Part shown: positions 60,965 through 63,991 of the stretch, in pieces
Layout: each line of letters opens with the position of its first letter
Position numbering within the stretch: position 1 is the first letter of the stretch
Source of the DNA: Pocillopora damicornis
Taxonomy: Eukaryota
Length of the DNA: 63,991 bases
Direction: 5' to 3'
Assembly: GCF_003704095.1 (NCBI RefSeq)
Contig: NW_020844672.1
Span: 682,010-746,000 of the forward strand
Translations under genes and position numbers: made by a program
Notes under the pieces: generated by a model
Seen by the model: the letters and a program-made list of their open reading frames with translations, nothing else
Told to the model about the DNA's origin: nothing
The model's database searches: none

Positions 60965-62949
60965 AAGCGTTGTTTTCTCTCAGTTTTAAGGCTTTATAAC
61001 CGACATGTCCCTTTCGATTGATTTTCGTGACATTAGCCTTATGTACCTTTGAACAAAAGTTATTTTGATGTTAGATTTAAATAGATATAGTATTACGATT
61101 GAGTACTTGGCTGGCTGTAGCTTGGTCGCAAAATTCTTCAACTGAAAATCTAAAACCCTTGAACTCCAAGATCTTATTAGTTATTCTCCTTTCTTTCTGC
61201 TTTACAATTTTTATGATGTCTATTTGGAGAATGTGGTAATGAAGCAACTTAATATCCCCTAATTGATATTTTTGTTTATTCCCATCACTTCTGGGTTGGA
61301 TATTGTCTTAATATTTAGCCAGCGTTGCTGGTGGTGTGCGATTTTGGGGGCGGAGAGAAAAACCGTAGACCACCAGCAACGCAAGCTACTTGATATTGTG
61401 AGGAAAAATTTCTCTGTTGGNNNNNNNNNNNNNNNNNNNNNNNNNNNNNNNNNNNNNNNNNNNNNNNNNNNNNNNNNNNNNNNNNNNNNNNNNNNNNNNN
61501 NNNNNNNNNNNNNNNNNNNNNNNNNNNNNNNNNNNNNNNNNNNNNNNNNNNNNNNNNNNNNNNNNNNNNNNNNNNNNNNNNNNNNNNNNNNNNNNNNNNN
61601 NNNNNNNNNNNNNNNNNNNNNNNNNNNNNNNNNNNNNNNNNNNNNNNNNNNNNNNNNNNNNTGCTGCGTCGGTGGGAGAGTATGATAGGGTGGTTTAGTA
61701 TTATCAATTGAGTTGATAACGAAAATTAGACGCCTTAAAGAGTTCAAAAGCGTTTAAACTCTTTACAGTGGACAATTTACGCAATCAAGTCAGCTGATAA
61801 TACTTAATTACTAAGTTAATGTAGGCTAATTGTTGGAAGCTAATTGTGACCGTTTCGAAATTTGCTAACTTGTGGAAAAAATGATTTGTCTTTATCAACG
61901 ATGGTTTGACTTTACGACATTAACACTTAATCTGCCTAATAGTTGAGAAGGAGTACTGGTAATAAATAAGTTATAGAGGTATATGGTGCCCCCAAATATA
62001 GGGGTTTTAAGCCGTTCTGGTACAAAGACAGGTCGGTATACACTTTTACTATTTTGGTTTAAAATTAGGTAACTATGTTTTTCAAGAAAACCACGCAAGG
62101 GTATAAACGTAGCTGATTTTTCAACATGAATCAAAGTGAATCACAAGTATGAAAAAGATATTTTTCTTTTGTTTTCTTTGGGTGATTTTCGTAACTTCTT
62201 AACTTCGGCATTGACACAAGCCTTTTCAAATTCTTCTACAACATAGCGTAAAGGATTCTCAAACCAAGCAAAATTTGTCTGGTGGGGAGGCCAGGTACAA
62301 AACTAATTATTGAAATAGCACTTTTTTTTTTATCTGAAATAGGGTCTGGGTGGATAATCCCTGCCAAACATCCCGAGGCGGATCCCCCTCCCTATCCAGG
62401 GGATAGCATAGCATGGCTATTTCAAAACGCCCCCAATGGAAATTTAGTTCGCGCATGTCAGATTAACATTTTCAATTTGAAACCGCTGAAAATGTACGCT
62501 TAACGGCTCAACAAAAAAGAGCCCACTGATAACTACGTCGCAAAAAGTATAGGCGCAAAGCCCGAGGAAATAGCTAACTTACGCGCAGACATTGTGTTTT
62601 GCTTCCCTAGTTAATGTTCTCCAAGGAAAGATTGCATGTGCGGGATAGTTAACTATGCGACAGCTTACTGCCTTTCTGAGGTCTTCTTCTTTTCAGCCAA
62701 GATTTTGATTGATTCGAATTTTTCTTTCAAAAAGGGAACTACTCTGGCTTTACGTCTCCCCTTTGCCATTAGTTTCTGTACCATGACGTTTTAANNNNNN
62801 NNNNNNNNNNNNNNNNNNNNNNNNNNNNNNNNNNNNNNNNNNNNNNNNNNNNNNNNNNNNNNNNNNNNNNNNNNNNNNNNNNNNNNNNNNNNNNGTAAGG
62901 CCATATAGCCACCCCAAGTGATCTCACACATGTGGTATCATCTAAGCCT

Positions 62950-63063
62950 ATAATATATATATATAATGGTAATTGTACTGAATGGAGTGCAATTTGGGTT
63001 GAAATCATACGTGTGGTTTCAAAATCGAACGAGCGCACAGCGAGAGTATATATATATATATAT
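62950..63063. repeat. Short interspersed-repeat fragment flanked by (TA)n microsatellites
   Basis: (TA)n at ~62950-62965 and 63047-63063 bracket AATGGTAATTGTACTGAATGGAGTGCAATTTGG...AAATCGAACGAGCGC. Confidence 0.5.
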
Positions 63064-63991
63064 TTCTATTTTACAGAGAAACCTTCTTTGGGCCTAAGCC
63101 GGGAATTTAAGCTTTATTTTTCTAAGATATTTCAAGATTACCTCAACATTGCGCTGTAGTTAATCAAACCTAACAAATTCTGCCAAATTAAATTAATAAG
63201 TCATCATCATGGGCTTAGTATCTTTAAAGAGAACCGCATTCAATTCGAACAGTTTTAGTATTCTGATTTTGCATCGAGCATTATCCCTAGGGGATACGGT
63301 AGTAAACAAATATTTTAAGACTGACTATCGCAATATGTAGCCTTCGAAGAAGAAGAAATTCCAGTACTTCAAACAGAGAAAATTTGTCACATTTTTGAAA
63401 GGATGACATTATCAGATAAGACGGCGCTAAATCCTGATATGTGCAACCAACTGAAATAAAATATTTTTGGAGAGACTTAACATAATTTTAAAAAATCAAA
63501 AGCGTCGTCGAAAGCACAAAATGGCGGTTGGAGACTGATTAAGTGGTAAATCAAGACGACCCGGCGGGAAAAGTTGAAAAACATACCTAAATCGAACGTT
63601 TCATTTCAACTGTCTTGTTAACTTTATGCCCAAAATTTCGCCTCTATCACTTTTGGATGACAACCATGTTGAGTAAACGCGAAGATCAGTATCAATTCAC
63701 TGATTTCTAATAGACTTATTAGAACATACGACGAGTAACAACGAATAAACCGCGAACATTTTGAATTGGGTACAAAAATCTTCGATACCTGCGATGGTCG
63801 CCATGTTGAAACTGATAACTATCCCAGCTCAGGGCACCAGGTTTCTTGCCAGAGCTATTATGTTTCGCACTTTAGCCAATTTGTATAGCAATGGCTATAA
63901 ATATTTCTTTGCGGATAGTTGGAAAGTCAAACCCGAACTTTCTGCTTCCAAGCCGGCACCGGATGGAAGTCTTACTTCCGATTTTCCAGTT

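Larger units (their letters stand above)
43100..61910. repeat. Large inverted duplication: ~43100-44810 vs ~59650-61910 (also 44880-45070 vs ~63200-63410)
   Basis: 61869-61908 is the reverse complement of 43102-43140, 60480-61010 of 43535-44065, and 59650-60200 of 44260-44810. Confidence 0.85.

Overview
This is eukaryotic animal genomic DNA: AT-rich, with GT-AG introns and many assembly gaps. Its repeat families and GPCR type are the kind I associate with stony corals, though the host is an inference. There are four blocks. (1) 0.2-9.5 kb is a duplicated array of intronless class A (rhodopsin-like) GPCR genes with one intact copy, one copy carrying a single frameshift and one pseudogene. The first two sit head-to-head in a ~3.1-kb inverted duplication. 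(2) 10.5-30.6 kb holds a ~32-exon, ~1,400-aa coiled-coil gene with a FAM186-like C-terminal domain. It has micro-exons, a 14-aa peptide repeat and an upstream forkhead + RFX X-box motif pair. (3) 32.6-37.4 kb contains a decayed PLAT/EGF-like/trypsin gene, a tRNA-derived SINE and a Maverick/Polinton-like relic. (4) 38.6-64 kb is a heavily duplicated, partly inverted and gapped array of at least five intronless genes of the PsiD-like pyruvoyl-dependent decarboxylase family (PSDC + phosphatidylserine decarboxylase domains). One copy is complete (451 aa, with YHRWH and the GG|ST autocleavage site), two run into gaps and two are pseudogenes. The most notable feature is this bacterial/fungal-type, tryptophan-decarboxylase-like enzyme family, expanded in an animal chromosome among host MITEs. 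It suggests a horizontally acquired amine or alkaloid biosynthesis locus undergoing birth-and-death evolution.
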